Of a DNA stretch of 64,000 nt, positions 21,930 through 33,188 are shown piece after piece. The notes below the pieces were generated by a model, which worked only from the letters and a program-made list of their open reading frames with translations, ran no database searches and was not told the DNA's origin. A program made the translations under genes and the position numbers. Origin of the DNA: Hypanus sabinus. Its lineage: Eukaryota. Numbering within the stretch: the first letter of the stretch is position 1; each line of letters starts with the position of its first letter. The stretch is from assembly GCF_030144855.1 (NCBI RefSeq), contig NC_082719.1:4712001-4776000 (forward strand). The letters run 5' to 3'.

Positions 21930-22400
21930 TGCCAAGAAAGTCTGTGATGACCTGGGATGAGATGCATAGATACTTGCCTGAGCCATTTCTACGAATAATG
22001 AACCATCAACTTGGTTAAGATATCTTCTGGTTAACATGGAACTCATTGATCTTCCAGTGAAAGATGTTTCCCTAAATGAGCACTACTGTAAACATGCTAA
22101 GATCCAAAAGTATGTGCTGATGGATGGGCTGAGGCAAGGTTAAAAAGCCCCACAGAAAAATTTATGAACTGCTGCTGGAAGATTATCATTTCAGAGAAAT
22201 AAGCCCTCTGCTGTGACTGAAACTTGCAGAAAGTGGAAGATGTCCATGACTGAATGTTGCAAATGGCTACATTTGAAAATCCAGGACAACAAGTTGAGGC
22301 ATGCAGTGAAGCTGGATACAGTCATTGCAGAGACACTATGTGGAAAGACTGCAACTTAAAGCCTGCCTGCTACAAAACAGAGAATATAAATCTTTGAATG
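21930..22400 (+). mobile_element. Decayed Tx1/L1-like ORF2 3' fragment
   Basis: Ends ECCKWLHLKIQDNKLRHAVKL...CGKTAT*, resembling C-termini of fish Tx1-like LINEs. The rest is heavily decayed. Confidence 0.45.
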
Positions 22401-22615
22401 TTTGCGCTAATATTTGTTAAGAAAAAACAAATGAATGCTTTGCATTATATAATGCCACTTTCTTGAATGAAGAATATTTTTAAAAGTGAAATCAAAACAA
22501 TTATTCCTGTATTGAGCATATAACGTATAAGGAATAATTAAAATCCAGAACAAAGATCTAGCAAATAAAATATAACATTTGGATAAGTGAGATTTTTAGA
22601 AATGATATTGTAGAA

Positions 22616-22661
<46 letters not shown>
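22616..22661. repeat. Compound microsatellite (TG)n(TA)n
   Basis: Directly visible. Confidence 0.98.
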
Positions 22662-23056
22662 ATATAAAAATATGTATATGTGTTTGTGTATATATGGGAT
22701 ATATAAGGAGAACTGAGATGGTGGGAAATCAAGGGTGAGGATCTATGGTCAGAAAGTAAAATTGGTGGTCTGAGGTACAGTTCTTGACCTGCTATTTGCA
22801 ACACATCACAGTTCTTTTTCTATTAGTATTTCCATTACTATTCTTTCATGATTGCTTGTTCTGAATTCTGGCAATCCTTACCCAACCACACATTGATTGT
22901 ACCTCCACCAGGAAGACTGCAACAGTTCAGGATGTTTCATTACCATTTTCTAAAAGAAGATTTAGAAATGGTCTATTAATGCTGATTGTGCTCGTGATGT
23001 CCACATCTCCAAACAAAAAGATGAATGAATTTAATGTGGGCATTTTAAAGTAGTTA

Positions 23057-23367
23057 ACATAGAAACATAAAAACATAGAAAACCTACAGCACAATACAAG
23101 CCCTTCTGCCCACAAAGCTGTGCCGAACATATCCTCACCTTAGAAATTACCTAGGGTTACCCATAGATGTCTATTTTTCTAAGCTCCATGTACCTGTCCA
23201 GGAGTCTCTTAAGAGGCCCTATCGCATCTGCCTCCACCACCATCACCAGCAACCCATTCCACACACTCACCACTCTCTGCATAAAAAACTTACTCCGACA
23301 TCTCCTTTGTAAGTGTTTCCAAGCACCTTAAAACTGTGCCCTCGTGTGCTAGCCATTTCAGCCCTAG
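23057..23367 (-). mobile_element. CR1-type LINE 3' fragment
   Basis: Same family as 3051-3360. ACATAGAA tail repeats. Confidence 0.9.
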
Positions 23368-24308
23368 TTGCAGTCCATAGCTGGCTTACCACCCACATAG
23401 TGAAGGAGAAAATACTGGAGAAAAATTATTGGAATTTTTATGCGAGGATTCCTTTTTCCTGTTGCAGTGTACATTTGTTTGATGTGTGTGGCCATATTGG
23501 ACATATTAAGTCTACTTATAATGGCCTAAAACTTTTGGAAACCTGCCAGCTTACATCTCCACTGGGAAGGTGATACTGACAAGGAGTCAATTCATTGCTT
23601 TGTATAGGAATGAGTAGCAAACTGGTTTTCTAGCAAATGCCCTATAACGCTCTTGAACCATCTTGATAGATACAAGCTTACCTCACCACTGACTTTGATA
23701 GGTGCAAAATGAGCTACTTCATTCCTTAAATTGTGTTTAACCCAACCTTCAGTACACAGCAGGTCTAAACCAGTGCCTTTGTATTGAGGTTGATACATAA
23801 AAATGTGACTTAACCAGTAGAGAGTGGCACAGCTGGTAATCTTTGGCTAACCCCACAATAATAACAGCATTATATCGTGCAGTGATTAAGTATTGCAGTA
23901 CTGTTAAAATGGCCCATTCTCACACTTTCATTTACTGCATGACTCCAAAAAAATGTCCTTCAGCAGACTGAAATCTTCAACAAAAAGACTCAATTTGAAG
24001 AAAGTCAAACATATAAGACATTCAAAGTACAAACATATACACACACACATGCACACACATACTGTATAGGCAAACTGCAACTTTGTTTAAAGAATTGAGA
24101 CTTAATTTTCTCTATTTATTAATTTTAAATGAGTCAATTTCAGGTTGATGACATTTACCTAAAACGCAGGATTGAGACCAATGTACAGCTCTGCAGTTTA
24201 GTAAAGCTCTGAAAAATTGTGGCTTCAAAATAGCTAGTCAATTGAGATTCATGGAGATAAAGAAATACCTTAATTACATTATGTGAAATTAATAATACTT
24301 AATTATTG

Positions 24309-24570
24309 ACATAGAAACATAGAAAATAGGTGCAGGAGTAGGCCATTTGGCCCTTCGAGCCTGCACCGCCATTCAGTATGATCATGGCTGATCATCCAAC
24401 TCAGAACCCTGTACCTGCTTTCTCTCCATACCCTCTGATCCCTTTAGCCACAAGGGCCATATCTGACTTCCTCTTAAATATAGCCAATGAACCGGCCTCA
24501 ACTGTTTCCTGTGGCAGAGAATTCCACAGATTTAACACTCTCTGTGTGAAGAAGTTTTTCCTCATCTCAT
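24309..24570 (-). mobile_element. CR1-type LINE 3' fragment (young subfamily)
   Basis: Nearly identical to 11617-11875. Encodes MRKNFFTQRVLNLWNSLPQ. Confidence 0.93.
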
Positions 24571-24884
24571 GTTTATCTCTTGATCTACATGGACAACAGA
24601 GGTCAATTTCAGCATATACCTTAAACATTACTGCTGTTATTCAGACTTGTGCATAAGTTTACCATGTGTTTTTATAGCTGTAATAAAACACTGATAGCGG
24701 TTATACAACTGTGCTCTCTGGAGAAATCTTTCTGTATAGAACTTGACGGTGCAACAGTAAAAAATTTAGATCTTTTCCATGCTTCTGCAAACACATATTT
24801 TGTCAAATCAATAGCTTTCAAATCTCCACTTCCTTGATCTTGGTTATTTTGGACATAATGTTAATGTATTTTGTTTTAGGTTTG

Positions 24885-25434
24885 TTGTGTACAGTTTTGG
24901 TCTCCAGGTTTAAGGAAGGACATTCTGGCAATTGAGGAAGTGCAGCGTAGATTCACTAGGTTGATTCCTGGGATGGCAGGGCTGTCTTATGCAGAGAGAT
25001 TGGAGAGATTGGGCTTGTACACGCTGGAATTGAGGAGATTGAGAGGGGATCTGATTGAAACTTTTAAGATAATTAAAGGATTTGATAGGATTGAGGCAGG
25101 AAATATGTTCCAGATGTTGGGAGAGTCCAGTACCAGAGGGCATGGATTGAGAATAAGAGGTCAGTTATTTAAAACAGAGTTGAGGAAGAGCTTCTTCTCC
25201 CAGAGAGTTGTGGAGGTGTGGAATGCACTGCCTCGGAAGACGGTGGAGGCCAATTCTCTGGATGCTTTCAAGAAGGAGCTAGATAGATATCTGATGGATA
25301 GGGGAATCAAGGGATATGGGGACCAGGCAGGGACTGGGTATTGATAGTGAATGATCAGCCATGATCTCAGAATGGCGGTGCAGACTCGAGGGGCCGAATG
25401 GTCTACTTCTGCACCTATTGTCTATTGTCTATTG
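24885..25434 (+). mobile_element. CR1-type LINE 3' fragment with open ORF2 C-terminus
   Basis: ORF 24940..25344 QRRFTRLIPGM...RRLRGDLIETFKI...FFSQRVVEVWNALP. Tail (CTATTGT)n. Confidence 0.95.
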
Positions 25435-26804
25435 TTTGATGAAAGAAGTGTCCCTGGACAATGATTATAAAATCTGAAAACAGGATTGCATGCATCAGAT
25501 ACTTAGATATATCAAAAGATACCAACAGTGGAACAGAACAGTATAAAACAATACTATACCTAGAAGCAGGTTTGATGCTATATCAGAGGAAAAGCCTGAC
25601 TTGAGGCATGGTACTGATGAAGGGAGGGAAAAAGAACATAAATTGCCCACATTGTTAGATCTCACATAGAATATAAAGAAGTAATGAGGTATTGAGAAAA
25701 AAAACTCTTATGTTCCACCTTATTAATTTGCCATCGTAATATGCAACGAAGAAAATTTCATTTCATGACTAATATTTAAGTTTGATAACTTGAAATTGTA
25801 CAATAAAGCTCATCTTGTTGTAAGTTTTGGCAATGTCCACAATTTAGCAAAACCCAGATCAATTGAAAGCTGAGTAACTTATTTAAGGATTACCAATTCC
25901 TATGCTGTAACTAACATTAATTTTGAGTGATTGTATGATTTTTAGACTTAATTATATGATAAAAATACATGTTAAAAATCCTGGTAGATAATTCCTCAGG
26001 TTTTTTTTGATTAACCATTAATCATCATTCTGGCTTTGGAAATCTCCGAGGTTTAATAAGTTCTAATCTAAGTTACTCTATTTAACATTCACAATCTCTT
26101 TCAGCATGATATTAATCCAAAAATAAATGTCTTCATCCACCATCCAATCTTTCTGAATGTAGATATGAAAATATTGAGTGGGATGATCACGAAAATAAAT
26201 TACTAAACTGATAATGTTCCTGAATGTAAATTAGCAGTTGGTAAACAAAAGCAAAGGTCAATTACTATCAAGACAAGAAAGTGATTCCTAGGAGTCAGTA
26301 GGTAAACAAGATTCAGGTAAACAAAATACATCTACTTGGCAATGAAATACAAGTTCCAAATCGACTAAATGAGATGTATAAGTAAGCAAATGTGTTGTTA
26401 GGTACAAAGTACATTTGTTATTAATTACACATTCAATAGTTTCTTATGTTTTCTGTTAAATATACTCTTAATTGCATTAACATTTATTCTCCAATGCTTA
26501 AATAACACAGTTGAACACAATACTTTTCCATATTAACCATTACAGAGAAAATTTGCCTTTGATGCTGAAGTGCATAGATAATAAAAAAAAAGAACTTTGT
26601 GTTTGAATTTAGACAGGCATTTCTGCTGCTTATTTTCTGCCTAGGTTTCTCTAATAGTTACCAAAATTACACCATATATACACTATTAAATTACACTATA
26701 ATATGAACAATCTTATACAGTGCTTCCACTGTTTCAGATCTTCAGAGTAAAATGTTGATAGTCATACAGTGTGATTAATGTGCTTTCCAAGTTACATGCT
26801 TCAT

Positions 26805-27140
26805 AAAGGAGGCACCCATCACCTAGGTCATGCCTTGTTCTCATTGTTACCATCAGGAAGAAGGCACAGAAGCTGGAAAACACACACTCTATGATTCAGG
26901 AACAGCTTCTTACCATCCTCTGCCATCCGATTTCTGAATGGACATTGAACCCATGAACCCTAGTTCACTACAATGTTACTTCTATTTTTGCACTACTTAT
27001 TTAATTTATCTTATATGTGTATATATATATTTACTGTAATTCACATTTTTTCTATTATTATGTACTGCATGGTACTGCTGCCGCAAAGACAACAAATTTC
27101 ACAACATATGCTGGTGATATTAAACCTGATTCTGATTCTG
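26805..27140 (+). mobile_element. Rex1-related 3' fragment
   Basis: Sibling of 16535-16900. Tail ATTAAACCTGATTCTGATTCTGA. Confidence 0.75.
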
Positions 27141-28694
27141 AACACTCTTCGCTGCAACTTTCAGATCACCTTTCGGCAAGAGACTGGTAATCAATATTTT
27201 CTTATTTCAAAACAAACAAAATCATTAAACTATATTACTGAGCGAGATTAAATTGAAGCAATTCCAGTGTCTACTGTGATGCATTCATCCACCAGCCAGA
27301 TAACAATATCCAGATGATTCATATGTAGAAAGTGTCAATCTGAAAAAAAGTTTCTTCTGCATTTATTTAAAGAATGTCTGAAACACTGAAGTAAAAACAG
27401 TAAGAGAGATTTGATTAAGTATATCCTTTTTCATCTCTTCTGAACATCAGCCAGTACATACTGTAAATGTTGCTGCATAAATTCTCGCAGCTGTTCATTG
27501 GGGCTGGAATGGTGATGGTGCTGGAGTAAAGGAAATCATTTATAAAAGGCACTTCTAGCCGCTTCACTTCAATGCTGAAATAGATGAAACAAGTGGTGTG
27601 GAGCTCAGGCCATTGCATGCCAGTATGAACTTGCCAGGCGTTTTAAATATAAATCAGTGTCTGTGTGTAAAGTGAGTTGACAACCTTCCAGCCTATCCTC
27701 CTGAGTCCAACTGTTTACAATTCCAGTAGCTAGAATTTACATAATTGTAATTACACATCAAGAATAATTTTAGATGACTTCCCTGCTTGATGTGCCCAGC
27801 AGCTGTTATCCCAGATGAAGGCAGTGATAATTATTTCAAACATTTACAAAGAAAAAATCCAAACCATATTTGATCCCACAATTTTGTAGCATTTCACATG
27901 GTTCCAGAAGAACAGCAAAATAATATTTTTGGTCTTTGATTTTTCTTTCTTTAAACCTTCAGAAGTTGTGCAAGTTATCTTGGCACAGACTACAGTTGTA
28001 TGGTTTGGGTCAGAATTATCTACCTAAAAGTCTTAGAGGGAAAGGAGTTTAATTTCCTATAATTTATAACTCTTTAAGCAATTTAAATGCATTGCTCTCT
28101 ATAATATTGATAATTTCATTCAGTTATATATAAGGCTGGTGGCAGATTGGTTTTGATTGGCTCCTACAATTAAGTCTAATTCTGATACTGGAGTGAATCT
28201 GCTGGAGCTAATGAGTGTTGGTGACTGGCAACCTCTCATCCTGGAGGATGTTAAACCTGGTAGGTCAGAAAATGAAATAAGCCTGCAACAGTCTTACTAA
28301 GGTGAAAAAAAGGCTGGAAAATAAGATCAGTGGAAAAATAAATGTTATAATAACATCCTTAGTTCTCTAAACCTAGGGGTATTTTTAGAAGTTTAAATTC
28401 CAGAAACAAAAAGGAAAATGTAACATCCATTTCTGCCTCCGAACTTATCCGAATACAGTTTTGGAACCCTTTGGGGTGCACACGCTGTCTGAAATTCAGG
28501 GCTGGAAAAGGAGAGGAAAATTATATTTATGAAGAAGACTCAATAGGCTGCTTTTGTTATCGCACATCCAAAGTCATTGAAGGGGACTTTAGTAAGGCAT
28601 GTAATTATGCACTGCCTAGATAGATTGAATATGGAGGATGCATTGTTTTTGGCAGGGGGTAAAATTCAGGGCTAGAGATACAAATGATTTTATT

Positions 28695-28940
28695 TTTATT
28701 TTATTTAGCAACACAGCATGGAATAAGCCCTTCTGGCCCTCTGAGCCACACTGCCCCAACAATCCCACAACCCTGATTAACCCCAACCTAGTATATGGAT
28801 AATTTACCATGACAAATTAACCTACACAGTCTTTGGACTGTGGGAGGAAACAATACCACTCAGAGAAAGCCAATGCACTCCATGGGGAGGACATACCCAC
28901 AGAATAGCGCCAGAATTGAACTGAACTCCAGAATGCTTGG
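28695..28940 (-). mobile_element. V-SINE (HE1-like) with CR1-type tail
   Basis: Minus strand: GTTCAATTC B-box, TTTCCTCCCACAGTCCAAAGA core, tail GGGCCAGAAGGGCTTATTCCATGCTGTG + A-rich end. Confidence 0.8.
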
Positions 28941-29109
28941 TAGAGGGATGAGAGGAGTTTGGAATTCATTGTCTTCAAGGGTGGTAGAGGCAGAAACCCT
29001 CAAAACATGTATTTTTTAAAAAAATAGAATGTTGGGTTAGACTAGTTCTTTTTCTGTATGCTGTGAACAGAATGACATGCTTTGTAAATTTTCTGTGAGT
29101 CTCAGAAGC

Positions 29110-29630
29110 TCCATAGACCAGGGCCAACTAAGGCTGTCTAGAAACGCAAGCTTGGCAGTACAATATGGAGAGCAAGCCGTAGCAAGCATGGCCATGTAGC
29201 AAGCTCCCCCTCTCCAAGTGTACGATGAACCCAAAGGAACGGCAGAGAGTGATACAGTCTGGTACCGGCAGCGCCACAGGAATTGCCAGTCAGTTTTGAA
29301 CTCAACATAGGACTGCCTTAGAGACTCTAACTCCGGATTTTTCCCTTGGGATATACTCTGAAAGTCTTCCCCATGAGTGAGTATAGCAAAAAGGCAGCAG
29401 AGGTTTGAGATCAGAGATTTCCTGCTCCTAGAAGAGCTGCCAATAATGGGTGACTAGCCCCATCTGCTCGAAGGGACTGGTTTTAAGGTGCCAGTAACCT
29501 GTCCTTATCCACCTTTGTCCCTTCTCCTGTCAGTGGAAATGGTTCTGACGGGCTTAGTAGCTAAGTCACACATGGAGACCAGGAGCTGGACTTGGTTGTC
29601 AGAGGCTATTTGAGGCAGCATTTAATAGGT
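29110..29630. repeat. Probable interspersed repeat, unclassified (possibly an RTE-type 5' region)
   Basis: Sharp GC-rich block with no coding motif. Classification is tentative. Confidence 0.35.
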
Positions 29631-29991
29631 ACCTTCCATTTTTGTACCTTTCAGCCATTGGCTTATAGCTTTAAAGATAACTTGAAATGTAGGTTTCCAA
29701 TGTTCAACCTACATTTCTTCTTCATTTCAGAGTTATTGAGGTCATTGCTCAAATGTTCAACAGTCATTATCTGATATTACTTATGCCTAGGTATATCAAG
29801 CTCATTCCCTGGCTGTTCTGCACTGCAGATCAGCTTCTTATGAATATTATCCCTATCATAACAGTTAATCTATCAATACAACTGAATACAAAAGACAAGT
29901 TCATGGCAGAAAGGCCCTATTGTTTCCAAGAAATTTCATGAAACAGAAGTTCTGGCTTTGGTTTTGTTCTTCCAAAATTTAAGTAGTTAAG

Positions 29992-31400
29992 TGTCAAGCC
30001 TGTGCAAGCAAGCATCTCCCAGTTTGCACCCACCCCCCAGCTTATAGGAGCTACCTGCTACTCAGCACCTGCAGCCTATTTAAACCTAGTTCTCAGCCAC
30101 AGTCTGAGTTTTCACTGATCAAACCACCAGCGTCTACCAGTTGCTCCTAGCCTTCAGTTACTTTGTTGCCTTGTTGCATTAAGTATCTTTTCTCTCTTGC
30201 TTTGTGGCCCCTCGTGGCTTGTTACTTTGCAGTTTATTAGTAGAATATTGTTCACTGCTAAATCATCTCCACTGCTCTGCTTTTGAATCAAGCCTCCTCT
30301 ACCAATGATACTTACCTAAATTAAGTCATCTGTCAGCAGGAGTCAATGATCCCTAAACATCAGGAAAAGAATGACCACTCTCAACCAACTCTACATCTCA
30401 ATGCAGCAACCCAGTCGATCTCCTCCCTCACAGCCCAGGATCCTAGTGTCAGATTCCCAACCCGATGCCATAATTTCTGGTCCCAGGGCATCTTACACTG
30501 AGCTCCAGTCATCTCCATATTCTACAGACTGAGCCTTTTGTCACCTCTCGCCTAATGGGGCAAGCACTCAACTGTGCTGATGTTAACTGGGACAATAATA
30601 TCACCATTTGCAATAAACATGAGGAATTCACCGCTGAGATGTGTTGGGTTTTTGACCATCTGAGAAGTGGAAGGGGTCAGTGGATCGAATACTACTGCAT
30701 CAAGGCTCACCGTTGATGCTAGATTACACTATGGAATGCAGGATCCTCACAGCAGAGTACAGCTGGAATGCAGAAACATTGCTGACCCATTACCATCACT
30801 GCCTCTCAGAGCATTTGAATCGCGAGCTATCTACCTAGGATTTGCCCACCAACCTCCAAAGACTCATCACTCTAGCTTTCCAAATTGGGAAGTGTCTCAT
30901 GGAATGACCCTCTAAATCATCAACTAGTAGCCCAGTTCCATTCCCAGAACCATTTCAGGCTGCAGGACCCTCACCATCAACAGCTTCAGAACCCATGTAG
31001 GTAGGGAGAGCTCCCTTAACCTCCCAAGAACATGGGAGAAACAATGTGTGTTTACTGTGGAGCCACTGATCACCCACAATGAAATGCCTACTCTGTTCAG
31101 GAAAACAGTACCACCAGATAGAGACGAGGGGCCTTCTGACTGGTAAGCTCCCCCAGCCTCTTCTTCCAGCACCAGAGCCCAACTCACTCTGTCTGTCCTC
31201 TATGGACACAGGAGGCTCTGGCGGATTCTGATGCAGCAGGAAACTTTCTGGAGTAGACTCTATGTGTGCAGCTTGGACTCCCTACAGAAACTATCACTCA
31301 CCCTTTCTGCATCACAACCATTGAGAGATGTCCCTTGGGGTCTGGGATGGTCAGAGTACACATATGGCCTGTTAACATGAGCACCAGCGAGCACCACACG
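29992..31400 (+). mobile_element. Decayed Gypsy (sushi-like) 5' LTR + gag + protease fragment
   Basis: Starts TGTCA, with a TATTTAAA-containing LTR-like block to ~30305. gag remnant TSRLMGQAL...WDNN..IC..EEFTAEM..VFDH. Protease remnant ALADSDAAGNFL at ~31215. Confidence 0.7.
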
Positions 31401-31780
31401 TCTGATAGTCTCGGCCTCACACAGCAGGTTCAGGAGCAGTTACTACTCCTCAAGCATCGTGTGGACTCGTGGGTTAACTTCACTCACCCTATCACTAAAC
31501 TGTTCTCACAACCTGTGGACTCACTTTCAAGGACTCTTCATTTCACATTCCTGATATTTATTGCTTGTTTGTTTGTTTGTTTATCTATCTATCGATCTAT
31601 CTATTTATTTATTTATTTAATCTTTCCACAGTTGGTTGTCTTTTCCACATTGGCTGCTTGTCCATCCTGTTAGGCGCAATCTTTGATTAATTCGATTATG
31701 GTTCTTGGATTCACAAGTATGCCTTTAAGAAAATGAAACTCAGGGTTGTATATCGTAAAATATGTGTACTTTGATAATAA
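31400..31780 (+). mobile_element. Rex1-related 3' fragment with internal (GTTT)(TATC)(TATT) microsatellite
   Basis: Similar to 21170-21650. Ends TGTACTTTGATAATAAA. Confidence 0.7.
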
Positions 31781-32439
31781 ATTAGCTTGTGCTTCTAAAG
31801 CTAAACCTGTGCGCGTGACTATGCCCTTCGTATTTTAGTAAACCAGTACTAAGCTATAATATCCTCTGCCTCAGCTGCAGGCAGTACTTGGCAAGCAGAT
31901 CCCATTTCTAAGATATCCTCGAAATGACCCAAAGTGTTAGCATCTGAGATGATGTACCTTCCTCATTCCTGTGCTGCCTTCTTCTTCTTGCATTATTTGG
32001 GTCGTTTCAAGTTTTTTATGTGTATGCAGTTTTTTAAAAAAATGACAAGAGTGCAGTTGTGGTGCAGGACAAGGTGGAGTAAAGAGAAATAAATTCATGT
32101 CAAATTTGTGACAGCATGAGTTGTATGTAAGGTGAATGTCAAAAGAAGTATCAGATACATGATCATAATCTTCAATTATCTCAACCTCCTTTTGAGATAG
32201 GTATTAATGGCCCCTATGATAGCTACAGAGCATGGAGCTGGCAATGCTGCCCCATTTTGTGTTGTAAAAGCCAGGGAATATACATAGAATATTCTGCAGT
32301 TTGGGTAATATGGCTTTCTTGAATGACTATCTGGCAACTAATGCAAGCTGGGAGATATAGGTATGAGATCTGTGGTTATACTAAAGGTGTAAGGATGCAG
32401 TGGAGTTTAGGTGTCTCAAGGGGTTAAACAGTTTTGACA

Positions 32440-33188
32440 AGGGGGGGAGTGGGAACCAGAGTGAAGGGACTCAGGATAGGATGATGGTAAAAAAGCAAAA
32501 ATAGCATGCAGTCAGACTGTCAGGAAGGGCAGGCAGATGACAGGACAAAACTGCAGCCAGCAGGATGAGTATCAGTGCATCAGGGATGCAGAGTCAAAAA
32601 GGGTAGCCAATACAGTATTCAAAGTGTTACATCACAATGCACAGACTATAAGAAATAAGGTGGATGATCTTGTTGCACTATTACAGAATGTCAGGTATAA
32701 TGTTGTGGCCATCACTGAATCATGGCTGAAGGCTGGTTATAGTTGGGAGCTGAATGTCTGAGGTCACATGCTGCATCGGAGGGATAGGAAGGTAGGCAGA
32801 GGGAGCGGCATGGCTCTGCTGGTAAAGAATGGCATCAAATCAGTAGAAAGGTGTGACATAGGATCAGAGATGTTGAATCCTTGTGTGTTGAGTTAAAACA
32901 CTGCAAGGGTAAAAGGATCCTGATGGAAGTTATATACAGGCCTCTCGACAAGTCACTAGTATGTGGACCACAGATTACAATGGGAAATAGAAAAGGTGTG
33001 TCAATAGGGCAATGTTATGATCATAATGGAGGTTGATTAGGAAAATGAGGTTTTTAATGGATCTCAAGAGAGTGAGTTTATTGAATGATGGCTTGTGAGA
33101 TGGCTTTTTAGAGCAATTTCTCATTGAGCCTACTAGGGTGGTCAGTTTACTGATTGGGTGTTATGTAAAATTCGGATGTGATTAGGAG
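32440..33188 (+). mobile_element. CR1-type LINE fragment, ORF2 APE endonuclease N-terminus
   Basis: NAQTIRNKVDDL...YNVVAITESWL...RRDR...GSGMALLVK. Confidence 0.88.
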
